A DNA stretch of 64,000 nt from Chrysomallon squamiferum. Lineage: Eukaryota; Animalia; Mollusca. A model generated the notes under the pieces. It was not told the DNA's origin. It saw nothing but the letters and a program-made list of their open reading frames with translations, and made no database searches. How positions within the stretch are numbered: the stretch's first letter is position 1; every line of letters begins with the position of its first letter. The stretch lies in contig CM022665.1 of the NCBI GenBank assembly GCA_012295275.1, positions 20,274,001-20,338,000 of the forward strand. The letters run 5' to 3'. The position numbers were made by a program, and so were the translations under genes. Below are positions 23,706 through 35,866 of this stretch, in pieces.

Positions 23706-26700
23706 GTATATATAATTATTGTAATTTTATATACACACCAATCACACTCACATGTAACAGACATGAACACATGCACACACACTCGCCAGATGCATATACT
23801 AACAGACACCAGACACAAACACAAACATACAGATAAATGTGCACACACACTTAAATATATAGACATACATACAACATCCACCAGAAACAAATACACAACA
23901 CAGATACAAACCTATATATGTAAGTAATTGTTTAAGAGAGTCAAAAAAGTAATGTAACTTTTTAAGGCAAAAGTATTTGCTGATTAATATTTAAATTGAA
24001 TGTTAGAAAATGTTTAGGTAAGTAGACCATTCATCATACATACCTGACAAATTTGTACACTATGAAAATATAATTAAAAGAATTTAACAATTTCTCTTTT
24101 GAAAGGATTTTTTCCACCACATTTAGTTAGTTAGTCAGTCAGTCAGTTAGTTAGTTAGTTAAATTTGTAATTGCTGTTTAACCAAAGATTACCCAACAAA
24201 GTGCTTGTGTATGTACTTATAAGCAATTAAACCAAATATTACAATATTAACTACAAAACTATATTATTTTCTACAAAATTATGTTAAATTATATTATTAG
24301 CAAAAAAAATTATATTATTAACTAAAAAAAAATTATGTTATTAATTACAGAATTGTATTACTGACTACAAAATTATATTAAATTTGATTATTAACTTAAA
24401 ACATTATTTTCAAAGATAGTTTTAAAATAATTATTAATGTTTCTCCTAGCTGAAAGCAGTTGATGTGATGGAGTTGTTCATCAGTCGGGTGAAGCAGGTC
24501 AATCCACTCACAAATGCTGTAGTAGCCGAGCGGTATGCTGCTGCCCTGTCCGAAGCTGAAAACATAGACAACATGCTTGACCACGGCGACATTCCGGAGA
24601 GGTTCAGTGAACGTCACGCCCCACTGCTTGGAGTTCCTCTTTCAGTGAAAGAAGCCTTCGCAGTTAAAGGTTTTTCTCTCAATTACTTAAATCAATATTT
24701 TTTTTTTTTTTTTGATCTGACAGTTACTGCATCTTTTTTATTTTTTGGCATTATTTGGTTGTGTTAATTGACATTTATTTGTGTATTTGTATATGAGTAT
24801 GTATGTGTGTTTGTGAATGTGCATGTGTCTGTATTTGTCTGTTTTTGTGGCTTTCTGTGTATGTCGTGTTTGTATGTATATGTCTGTTTCTCAGACACAG
24901 TGTGTGTGTGTGTGTGTTGATTTAGCAAATTTGTTTTCATCGTGTATTATGAGTTTATAATGTTAGTTTGTAGATAAAGTTTTATAGTGAATTGTACTGC
25001 AATAAAAGATGCATGCTGAATAACTACATTTTTATTTTTATTATTATTTAACTGATTATTGCAAAATTTATAAGCAAAAGTCTATTGATTGAAACTTTTG
25101 TTATTAGTAGTATTCAAATAAGAATTTTTATCTGTTTAATATTTGTTTTATTTTAATTTTTTAATTTATTTTATTTTTGTTTCAGATATGCCAAATACAT
25201 CAGGATTAGTTGCACGTAAAAACTGTGTTGCCACTACCAATGCTGATGTCATATCAAGGCTGCGTTGTGCTGGTGCTATCCCCTACGTGGTGACCAATAT
25301 CAGTGAACTGTGCATGTGGTATGAGTCTTCTAACAACATCTACGGCAGAACAAGAAACCCATACAACTTGAGTCGCATTGTAGGTGGAAGTTCAGGTGAG
25401 AGATATTGTGTAAAGCTAAACTTAGCATTATTTCTTTTTAATGTTTCATCGGTTAACTATTTGTTGTAAAACTTACACATCAACCACTGCGTTATATTTG
25501 TTCTGCAGAGTTGTGGTCATTTATTTTTTAAACTAATTCTATTCATTTTCAAACTCTAATAAAAGTCAGTATTATACATTGAGATATATGAATGTTTGTA
25601 ATATTTATATTTGTTTCAAGTTTTGATATATGCAGTAATTAGACTTGTTTCAGGTTGTGATGTATATAATATTAAGACTTGTTTGAAACTGCAATATATA
25701 TAATATTTTAATGAATGTGTTTCAAGTTGTCATATATGTAATATTTATACTTGTTTCACATTGTGATACATGACACTTTCAAATGTAATAATGACATTAT
25801 ATAATATAAAGATTATTATTTTTTTGACAGGAGGGGAGGCATGTAACATTGCTAGTGGTGCAGCAGTGATCGGGGTGGGCTCAGATATAGGAGGAAGTAT
25901 ACGGATGCCATGTTTCTTCAATGGAATATATGGACACCGGTCATCAAAGGGTCAGCTATTTATAATTTATAATATCAGCTAGGTTTTGTTTGATTTTTTT
26001 CATTTCAGTTTTCAACAAAAACAAAATTTAGCTGTTTGTATAAACACATTGTAAGCCATATGGAGAGTATGTTGTGTATAATGAGTACATTTGGTACACT
26101 GGGTATATTGAGTGTATCTAGTACATTTAGTAGGCAGAGTAAATTTACAATACTGGTATTCTGTGTACATCTAGTACATTTAGTAAAGAAAGTAAATTAG
26201 TACATTGGGTATATTGAGTATATCTAGTACATTTAGTAGGCAGAGTAAATTTACAATACTGGTATATTGAGTACTTGGAGTACAAGCATGTAATGCCAAT
26301 TTTAATTGTTGTTAATTAAATTCTAAGTTCAATATGATTCTTAATTTCAGAACAGAACTGAGGTGAAATCTTTAATAATTTTTCATTTATTTTATTTTTA
26401 TTTATTTATTTATTTTTATATTATTATTTTTTTGTCAATCTGTGCATGCATCTATATATAGTATTGCTGTATGTATATTACAATGCTGTATATTTTTAGG
26501 ATCGGTAAACAATGATGGACAGTACCCCCCAGCTACTGGGGGGCAGAAAGCACTGCTGTCAACGGGACCGATGTGCCGGTACTCTGAAGATCTGTTACCC
26601 ATGCTTAAAGTGATGTCAGGAAACTTAGAAAGACTCCGACTGGATGAGCCAGTAAGTGTTAACTCTGTACAGTGTTTTTAATAAGATTTGTATTAAAACA

Positions 26701-28624
26701 GAGAACTTACACATGAAACTGTACCTCTTAAACCATGATCGTTTCAGTTTTCACTTCCCAGATAATGTACACGTGCATTGGAGTGTTTTAATCACATCTT
26801 GAAATGTTTCCCCAGTAAGTAAAAGTAAAAGTGAAAACTGAAGTAAATTAGTGAAAGTGAAAGTTAAACATTTAACTGTTTTCTAACTAAATAAGAAAAA
26901 AAAGTGTAAGAAAACATTTGTCTGTTTTGTGAAAAACTAAAACTTTAAGTTAACAGTTAACTGTAGCTGTGAAGAAACTGAAATATTACACTGGCTGTTG
27001 TAAAGAAATTGAGATATTTTACAAGTAGATGTAAAGAAACAGAGATACTTTTATGGGTAAATGTAAAGAAATTGACATATTTTACAGGTAAATGTAAAGA
27101 AATAGAGATACTTTTACTGGTAAATGTAACAAAATTGAAATATTTTACAGCTAGATATAAACAAACATATTTTACAGGTATATATAAAGAAACAGATAAT
27201 TAAATGTAGATATAAAGAAACTGAGATATTTTACAGGTAGACATCAATAAACTAAGTTATTCTACAGGTACTAAATAAGAAAACTGAGAAATTTCATAGG
27301 TAGATGTAAATAAATTCATATATTTTACAGATAGATGTAAATAAACATATTTTACAGGTAAATGTAAATAAATGGATATATTTTTTACAGGTAAATATAA
27401 ATAAACTGATATATTTTACAGGTAGACATAAAGAAATTGAGATATTTTACAATGGAAGATGATGGAGGAAGTGTTTTACTTAGCTCTGTGGACCCACAAC
27501 TGAAGGCTTGTCAGAAAAAGGTACTCAAAGAATACTTGTATCATAGATACAGCTGTATCACAGGTCCAGGTTTTTGTATCTTTTGTGGGGTGGGTTGTTC
27601 CAGTTGTATTCACCCTTTTAGTTCTAACCAGATGTTTTTCTTTTACCCAGAGACATTCACAGTCTTTTTAGCCAATCAAATATTTGATGGTTGATGTATT
27701 GTCAGTGATTTGACTCTATCTTTCAACTACAGCAGTATATGGATAATTAATAAAGAAGATTATAAATGTAATGTTTATTATTTATCAAATCATAATGTGA
27801 TTTAATAGAGTTACTGAAAGACGATATGTATATTAATTTTTTTTTTTTTTAATTTCCAGGCTGTAAGGTATTTACAATAAATCTCTTGACACCATGTTTG
27901 AAAAATCACTTCAACAGTATTTGAATATTTTATAAATAAGATTATCAATGTGATATTTATTATTTATTGAATCTTAGTCTCATTTTGCAGTGTTATTGAA
28001 ATAGGACTGTGTTTTTTCTTTTTTAATTTCCAGGCTGTCAGATATTTAGAGAAGTCTCTTGATATTAACGTCATCCCTGTTCACATTCGACGTATGAAAT
28101 ACAGTCTAGAGATGTGGTCAGCTAAAATGGCCACTGGTAAGGGAACAGCATTCTCTGTGCTGATGGCTGAAGAAAAAAGTTCGGTGAACTGTTTCCTTGA
28201 GTTACTCAAATGGATGGTTGGACGTTCGGACCACACTCTGCCAGCAATTGGACTTGGGATGATGGAACATCTTGACTGTCTTGTTAAACATCAACACCCT
28301 CAGTTCCTGCACATGCTCGACCTGCTGGAAAAGGAGGTGCAGGAGTTGCTAGGAGACAACGGAATACTCCTGTATCCTACACACCCATCTGTGGCTCCTT
28401 ACCACAACCAGCCCCTTCTCACTCCGTTCAACTTTGCATACACAGGCATATTCAACGCCCTCGGCCTTCCTGTCACACAGTGTCCACTTGGACTCAGTGA
28501 CGATGGTTTGCCACTCGGCTTTCAGATTGTTGGTTCATTGAACAATGACAGACACACAATAGCTGTAGCCAGGCACTTAGAGTTGGGGCTTACTGGGTGG
28601 GTACCTCCAGGCCAGAGTGATTAG
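23523..28624 (+). CDS. FAAH2: Fatty-acid amide hydrolase 2-like amidase, ~524 aa, 7 coding exons
   Basis: Exons 23523-23705, 24450-24669, 25186-25395, 25831-25950, 26500-26651, 27422-27520, 28034-28624 (1575 nt = 525 codons). It has an N-terminal hydrophobic segment, the amidase triad in GVPLSVKE (Lys), GGSSGGE and GSDIGGSIRMP (Ser-Ser), and C-terminal FNALGLPVTQCPLGL...GLPLGFQIVG. Confidence 0.93.
24450..24669 (+). CDS. FAAH2: FAAH2 coding exon 2
   Basis: VNPLTNAVV...PLLGVPLSVKE. Confidence 0.92.
25186..25395 (+). CDS. FAAH2: FAAH2 coding exon 3
   Basis: TNISELCMWYES...NPY...GGSSG. Confidence 0.93.
25831..25950 (+). CDS. FAAH2: FAAH2 coding exon 4
   Basis: GSDIGGSIRMPCFFNGIYGH. Confidence 0.93.
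26090..26285. repeat. Intronic tandem repeat (tctagtacatttagta... units, ~60 bp)
   Basis: Three copies of atctagtacatttagta and two of ggcagagtaaatttacaatactggtat. Confidence 0.75.
26500..26651 (+). CDS. FAAH2: FAAH2 coding exon 5
   Basis: STGPMCRYSEDL; ca|gtaagt donor. Confidence 0.92.
26970..27452 (+). repeat. ~31-bp tandem array of duplicated splice-junction units (gtagatgtaaagaaattgagatattttacag), about 15 copies
   Basis: The last unit is the start of FAAH2 exon 6. Confidence 0.88.
27422..27520 (+). CDS. FAAH2: FAAH2 coding exon 6
   Basis: VDIKKLRYFTMEDDGG; 99 nt, phase 0-0. Confidence 0.85.
28034..28624 (+). CDS. FAAH2: FAAH2 last coding exon
   Basis: Contains ORF 28094-28624; TAG stop. 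Confidence 0.93.
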   Translation, partial: AVRYLEKSLDINVIPVHIRRMKYSLEMWSAKMATGKGTAFSVLMAEEKSSVNCFLELLKWMVGRSDHTLPAIGLGMMEHLDCLVKHQHPQFLHMLDLLEKEVQELLGDNGILLYPTHPSVAPYHNQPLLTPFNFAYTGIFNALGLPVTQCPLGLSDDGLPLGFQIVGSLNNDRHTIAVARHLELGLTGWVPPGQSD

Positions 28625-30152
28625 AGATGTTACGATCATTTCAGTTACATGGGTGGGTGCAGTACTTCATGATGTAGTGATTAGGTGGATGCCACCATTC
28701 ATGTTATAATGATAAGGTGGGTGCAGCATTTCATGACATGATGATGAGGTAGGTGCAGCAGTTTCTTGACAAATTCATCAAATCTTACTTAATCAGTGGG
28801 TCCATCTTTTTTTAATTTATTGAATTCCATCATGATTTTAACAAGATATGGTGCAGCTACATAATATTAAATCTGAACTGAGTGGAGGCAAGTGATTACA
28901 AGATAAACAACATTTTTAAGTAAATGCATCTTCATGACAAATTCATCAAGTTTTGATAACGTGGGTGTATTTTCACGATATATTATTTTTAAAATGACAA
29001 AATATTTGGGTGCATTTTCACAATATATATTTTTAAAATGATCAAAATAAGTGGGTGCAATGAAATCACAGTGAATAAGCTGGGGTGGGTGGTGTCTGCT
29101 TTATGCCAGAGATCAAATGAAGAAAAAAAAAAAAAAAAAACAGAGCACAAAATCAAGTCTGTGGTAAAAACGAACCAGTCACGTTGTTGTTTTAATTACA
29201 ATGTAACTTCATCGTCAACATTAAGGGACCAGATTCTTTGTTAACCAGATACAAGGATGTTAGTGACATATCTATGTTTATTACATCTAAAAGAAAATGG
29301 TGTAGTGTGTGATATATCTTAAAAGAAATAACTCACAAATCACAATGTGCTAAAAATTATCACACAAGAGTCATCTTCCTCTGTGTTTGAGTTTTCTTAA
29401 AGTATTTTTAACTCGTAACAATTCACGTAAAAGAAAAAGGTTGTTTCGTTTTTACAAGTCATGTGACTGACTGACAGTGGTTGTTCCCTCTTTTAGGCCA
29501 ATGTTAATTTCCCCATCCCTATTTATCGCCAAATACAAATACTTAAAGAATTATTTATAATAACTAACATTTATTAATCACCACTGGTGCCATTCCACAC
29601 TTTTTAAACATGTTTTTAACTGTTATGGCTTTACAAATGTTTTTGCACAACGTTTTCTGACAAACAAATCACGGATTTAAAATTTACTGCAACATTTGAA
29701 TCCTTTCATATAAGTGATGTTTCTGTCGTTCATAATTTGTTGTTGTTTTTGTTTGCTTCTTTTTTTCATACAGCATTAATTTTATATATGTATAATGTTT
29801 GCAGTTTGACGTAATATTGTTAAACTTTTTTAATTTTTCAAAATGAGTTACAGAATAAAGTTGTTTGAAAGAAATCTGTTTCGTTAATTTGTACAGATAT
29901 ATATATATATATATATAGTGTTGAAAACAAAAGGCAAGAGGAATAAATAAAAATCTATTCATTTTTCCTGTGTTTGAGAACAAAAATAATTTTCCAACAA
30001 AACCGTGAGAATGTGCAGAATAGTGATAATAATATTTTATTATTACTATATTTATTTATTTATTTATTCACAGCACAGTTGCGATATGAAGTTATTACAC
30101 AGAACAATGTTAATTAAAAAAAAAAATTGTGTAGATTTTCTATATGGGTTTC

Positions 30153-30250
30153 TGATGTCAGCACTTCAGGGGAAATCCCTTTAGGAAAAACCTGACTGGA
30201 AATTTTTGAATCGTACCAGTTAAAGGTTTTTAGTTATTATTTTTATTTTA

Positions 30251-30285
<35 letters not shown>

Positions 30286-31009
30286 TTTATTTTTATTTTG
30301 TTTTTAATCAACAAAGCCGAATATGACTGTATAAATTAAATAAATGTTAATAATAAATCTATAATATTTAAAAACACGAAAATACATATGTTACCGTCTT
30401 CATGGACGGCAGAAACGAACTTTCATTTTAGTCATACAAATTAATTTACTTGTATTGTTAATGCTGATACGTATTATGTGAATGTATGTAAATAACAAAG
30501 TTTAAACACGGAATAAATTAATAATTATTATTTAAAATAAATAAATAGTATTTCAAGAATCTGTACTCGAATAACATTATACTAAAATATCGAGGCAATC
30601 TGATGTATGTAAAACGTTCTAGTTTATAAACTTCCCACTAAAATGATTTATAAAAACAGTAACTTATATACATTAATATATTATTTCTACAGTTACTATT
30701 TCAAATCCACACAAAATAAAAACATATATACGGATGTTTCCACCAAAGAGGTCAGAAAAAGAAACTTAAATAAATATTAAACTGAAATCACCTACCTTAC
30801 AAATATCTTCCGTCAGTGAACCTTCGATCTGCTTGAAGACTGGAGTTATCTATTTCTGTTTAAACAGGTGTGGAGAAAAAGTATTTGTGTATTGAAACAG
30901 AATCAAACATATTAATATAAATCTTCTTCCTCGTTTGACGTTTTAAGTTTCGACGAATGAGATCTCGAGATATATACAGCTTAAACTGGGAATTTCTTGC
31001 TTCCGGGAA
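30153..31009. promoter_or_regulatory. Putative distal NF-kB/STAT module
   Basis: TGATGTCA 30153-30160, AGGGGAAATCCC 30168-30179, GGGAATTTCT 30988-30997, perfect GAS TTCCGGGAA 31001-31009. Confidence 0.45.
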
Positions 31010-31114
31010 TAGCTTATTAGATCTATAAATAATAGTTGTAATATATAATTGTCTAATTACCTCAGTTCGTATGTTTAATTACATATTATTTGTTGTATAA
31101 ATAACAGTATAAAT

Positions 31115-31147
<33 letters not shown>

Positions 31148-32365
31148 AATAATAATAATAATAATGATAAATACAAATAATAGCATTAATAACAAACAAC
31201 AATAAAAAATAAGAATAAATGACAACGACGACGACGTCGTCAACAACAACAACAACAACAACAATATATCGAGATGAAAATTGTTCCTGTGGTGAGATGG
31301 TTTTCGTTTACCTGTGTATTCTAGATAATAACAAAAAAACACACCCCAAAAAAACCATAATTAAGCAAGAATTCGTTGTTTCATCCAGTGAATGATTCGT
31401 TCGTGGCATATCTGCTTGATTTGTCGCCTTCTCAGTACTACTACTACTACTACTAATAATAATAATAATAATAATGAAATGCATTTAAACTAACGGCGTC
31501 CGTATTTTGGAATAAGTAAAGGTTTGATAATAAATCTAACTAAATAGTGATTTTCTCACTTGATCTATAAGTCCTGTTTGTATAACTTTTTGCGTGTTTT
31601 AGTGTACGAGTAAAGACTTATACACACATGCAAACATATTCAAACACACATATACAAACAGAGATACATTCATTCATACTTAATGCAAGCATAAATGCAT
31701 ACACACAGACACAAACACAGACACGATCACACATGATATATATACATACATACTACATACACTGACATACATATATAATACACACACTCACACACACATA
31801 CAATCACTCACATACATATATAATACACACACACACACACATATGTACATAAACATACATACACAGATACACACACACGCACGCACGCACGCACTCGCTC
31901 ATACATACATATACATCCCGAACCTAAATATAATTATGTTTACCAACATACAATTTATTATTTTTGTGGTTACTGATGGTGTTGTAGTGGTTGTTGATGA
32001 TATTGTAGCGACTGTTGTTGTTACTGACGATGTTATGGTGGTTGCCATTACTTACCCATTCATTTTTATTTATTTATTTGTTACTGATGTCATTTTAATT
32101 TCTGTTTTCTGTACCTCTTCCCCAGTTACTGTTTGATAGCAGTAGTCAGTGACCTCAACAGGTCACATGGTCAAACTAGAGTACATCTGCTTGATCTCAA
32201 TAAGTTATACTGACCCGGCCAAACTCGATGGCCCATGACCTAAACACGGTAATGCCTATGTGGTTGAATGAACCCGCACGGAAAGTAATGTGTTTTATCA
32301 CCTGGCACGTGGATTATTTTTAACTTTGGATATATCCGTAACAATAAAAATAAGCATATACACAT

Positions 32366-32421
<56 letters not shown>

Positions 32422-33343
32422 TTTCACTTTTAAAAAAATATTTATTTCCTTATTTATTCCTTTTTCATTTGTTTAATTTGTTGTATTTTTTCTCTCTTTT
32501 TTCTCTCTATATATTGTATTACTAGTACTAATAATAATACTACTGCTGCTGCTGCTATTATTATTATTATAGTTGCTTTATCCCGACTGCCGTTTTTGTT
32601 ACTTTAGACCTATTTTTAAATAATGCATATACATCAAACTTTTTTCCATTTTTTTTTTTGTTTTTGTTTGTTTGTTTGTTTTGTTTTCCTAGCAACAACT
32701 TTTGGGTTCACATATTTTAATGTAATAAAACGAAAGTCAGTAAACCATTGTTATCTAGTTAGATTAAAACGCCTGCAAAGGAAATTGTATAACATAAAAT
32801 AACCGTAAATTGCCGAACACGATCGACTGGCAAATTGGTCCTGTGTGATTGACTGAATTCTTCATCAAAGAGGCGCTTCACTGCATGACGAATGATGAGA
32901 CAGATGTACGAGATTCATAGTTATTTAAGCGATGCGCACATCTTTACTTAATTAGAGCGGCAACAGATCAAAGGTCACTGTTTTCTCTCATGTCTGAACT
33001 CCAGCTGTACTATATCTATCTATCTTTCAAAATTTGATGACTTACCTTTTCAGTTTTACATTGATTAAACTATATCGACGCATGTCTGTAGACATCCGTT
33101 CATTCCTAATCAAATTACTGCAGCTACCGCTGCTGCTGCTACCACCACCACAACCACTACTACTGCTACTAGAACAACTACAATTACTGTTATTACTACT
33201 ACTACTACAAAATTTTTGCTACAACTGAAAACAACAATTATGTGTTTATTACTACAATATTTATTGCTTCTACTACTGCTGCAACTGTTATTATCACTAC
33301 TACGTCTTCTATAGGTACGACTATTATTACTACTACTATAACT

Positions 33344-33393
33344 ATGAACCATTTAGCAGACATAGCAGACAAAAGAAAGTGACAGTAAATTTA

Positions 33394-33432
<39 letters not shown>

Positions 33433-33935
33433 TCACTTCAATTCTTGTCTTCACTCGAAAAAAAAGAAAAAAAAAAAAGAACGAAATGACACTGAATATA
33501 GATATTTCATGTTATCTTGAAACTTGTCTTATTTTGTACATAATAGCTAAATTAATTCAGTTTAAAAACCCTTGTAGAATGTTAATTTATTTTATTATGT
33601 TGTTTTTTTTTTTTTTTTTTTTTTTAATTATTATTTATTTTATTTTATTTTGTTTCGTTTATTTATTAATGCATTTTATTTTATTTATTTTTTACTTTTA
33701 TTTATTTATTATTATTATTATTTTAATATCATTAGGGCATCATCAAGACCACTACTACTACTGCTGCTGCTACGAACAACACTACTACTATTATTACTAC
33801 TACTGTTATTATAACTGCTGCTACTGTCACTACTACTAGTACTACTACTACTACTACTACTATTATTGCTGCTACTACTATTACTACTACTACCACTATT
33901 ATTGCTGTCACTACTATTACTGCTACTACTACTAC

Positions 33936-33970
<35 letters not shown>

Positions 33971-34050
33971 TATTATTACTGCTGCTGCTACTGTCACTAC
34001 TGCTACTACTACTATTATTATTACTGCTGCTACAGTCACTACTACTACTA
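33344..34050 (+). repeat. Left arm of long inverted duplication
   Basis: Reverse complement of ~37505-38139, including unique sequence (atttagcagacatagcagacaaaagaaagtgacag; gaaatgacactgaatatagatatttcatgttatcttgaaacttgtc; gcatcatcaagaccactac). Confidence 0.92.
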
Positions 34051-34679
34051 TTATTATTGCTGTTGCTACTGTCACTACTACTACTACAACTATTACTAAT
34101 ATGTCTACTACCACTACTACTATTACCACTAAATCTAGAACTATACTATAACTCCTACTATTACTATTAGTAATACGTCTTCTACTACTATTATTATTAT
34201 TACCACTAAGCTTACTCCTATAGTATACTACTACTATTATTGCTACTACGTCTACCACTACAACTATTATTACAGCTCCTACTAGTATTACTACTACTGC
34301 TGCAACAGCTACTGTTATACATACTATTTCTACTACTATTACAACTGCATCTACTGCTACTATAACTACTACTGTTATTACTACCGCTACCAGTACTATT
34401 ACCATAACTATGTTTGGTAGTATGGGGACAAGAAGGCAACTAAATGCAAGAAGCATTTATCTCCTACCCCGATATTCTCTGGTCAAAGATTTCCGGGTTG
34501 GTGATTTCTGATTGGGGTCTTGAGTTCCTTTTTGTGGTATGTTTCTTTACAACTAACTATAAGGTACTTTTTATGGTAAGAAACGACCGATTAAGGAATA
34601 TAAAGCCAATATTAGGGCATATGACATATTAACATACAAATATATTCATCTAGTTTGCACGCTCTTTTTGGTTCGTCGA

Positions 34680-34682
<3 letters not shown>

Positions 34683-34758
<76 letters not shown>
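34683..34758. repeat. (TC)n microsatellite
   Basis: Direct reading; similar GA/TC tracts at ~35798, 40774, 44606, 46828, 54859, 57340, 59362, 61075-61232. Confidence 0.95.
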
Positions 34759-34760
<2 letters not shown>

Positions 34761-35547
34761 ATTTACTTCCCAGAATTCTGCATCTTCTGAATTCTAGTTT
34801 GAAAAATAAATAAATAAAAATTCAGATGTTCTTAGTAACTCTGGCTCTTTGGGCCATCGATTACGTACCCTCCCCTCCCATATATACATTTCTGCGTCCG
34901 GGTCTGGATAAGTATTATTTATTTATTTATTTATTTATTTTATAACTAGACACCTCTGCTACCTCGAGTGAAAACGTTTACCTCTGACATGGATAATAAA
35001 TTGCAAACATCTTAACTGATTTTACTACTGCCACGTGACAACGCGTGTCGAGCACACTCAGGGCGGCTTGCCTTTTGTCCAGGCGCGCGCGCTGTCCATC
35101 TAAGCTTTTCATTGGCTGTTGCGCGTATGCGTTCTCACACGCGCTACATGACCCGGATATGCACCAGTAGCCTCGAAAAGGCGTAACCATACCAGCCTGC
35201 ACCCATTTCGATAAAAATATTTATCGTCTTAATATTAATAACAGACATTTTTCTTCATAAATTTCACTTATCTGGATTTACTATGGAAACGATGACAGCT
35301 ATAAAATAAGTAAGTTTATTTATCATCTAGTTCGAAAATTGTATTGTCAAAGTCTGTATAGCTACTGCTGCTATTATTATTACTACTATAACTACTACTA
35401 CTATTACTACTATTACTACTACAACTACTGCTGCTTCTGTTTATTATTTCTATATTTAATTAAAAGTTGTTTGTTTTTTTTATTATTTTTTTTACAAAGT
35501 TACAAAAGGATGTTTACAGGTTTAATATTTACTTTGTTATTACATGC

Positions 35548-35599
<52 letters not shown>

Positions 35600-35792
35600 C
35601 TTGTAACAATGATGAATTTAAAAATTACTTTTTTTTAGCTTTCTGTTAATGCGATTAAACATTTATTTATTTATTTACTTATTTACTTATTTATTTATTC
35701 TCTATTTCAAGCAGTACATTTTATAAACATATATCATGAAATATACAATTATATAAACCTCGGTGAATACTAATATACATAAAGCTTTATAC

Positions 35793-35866
<74 letters not shown>

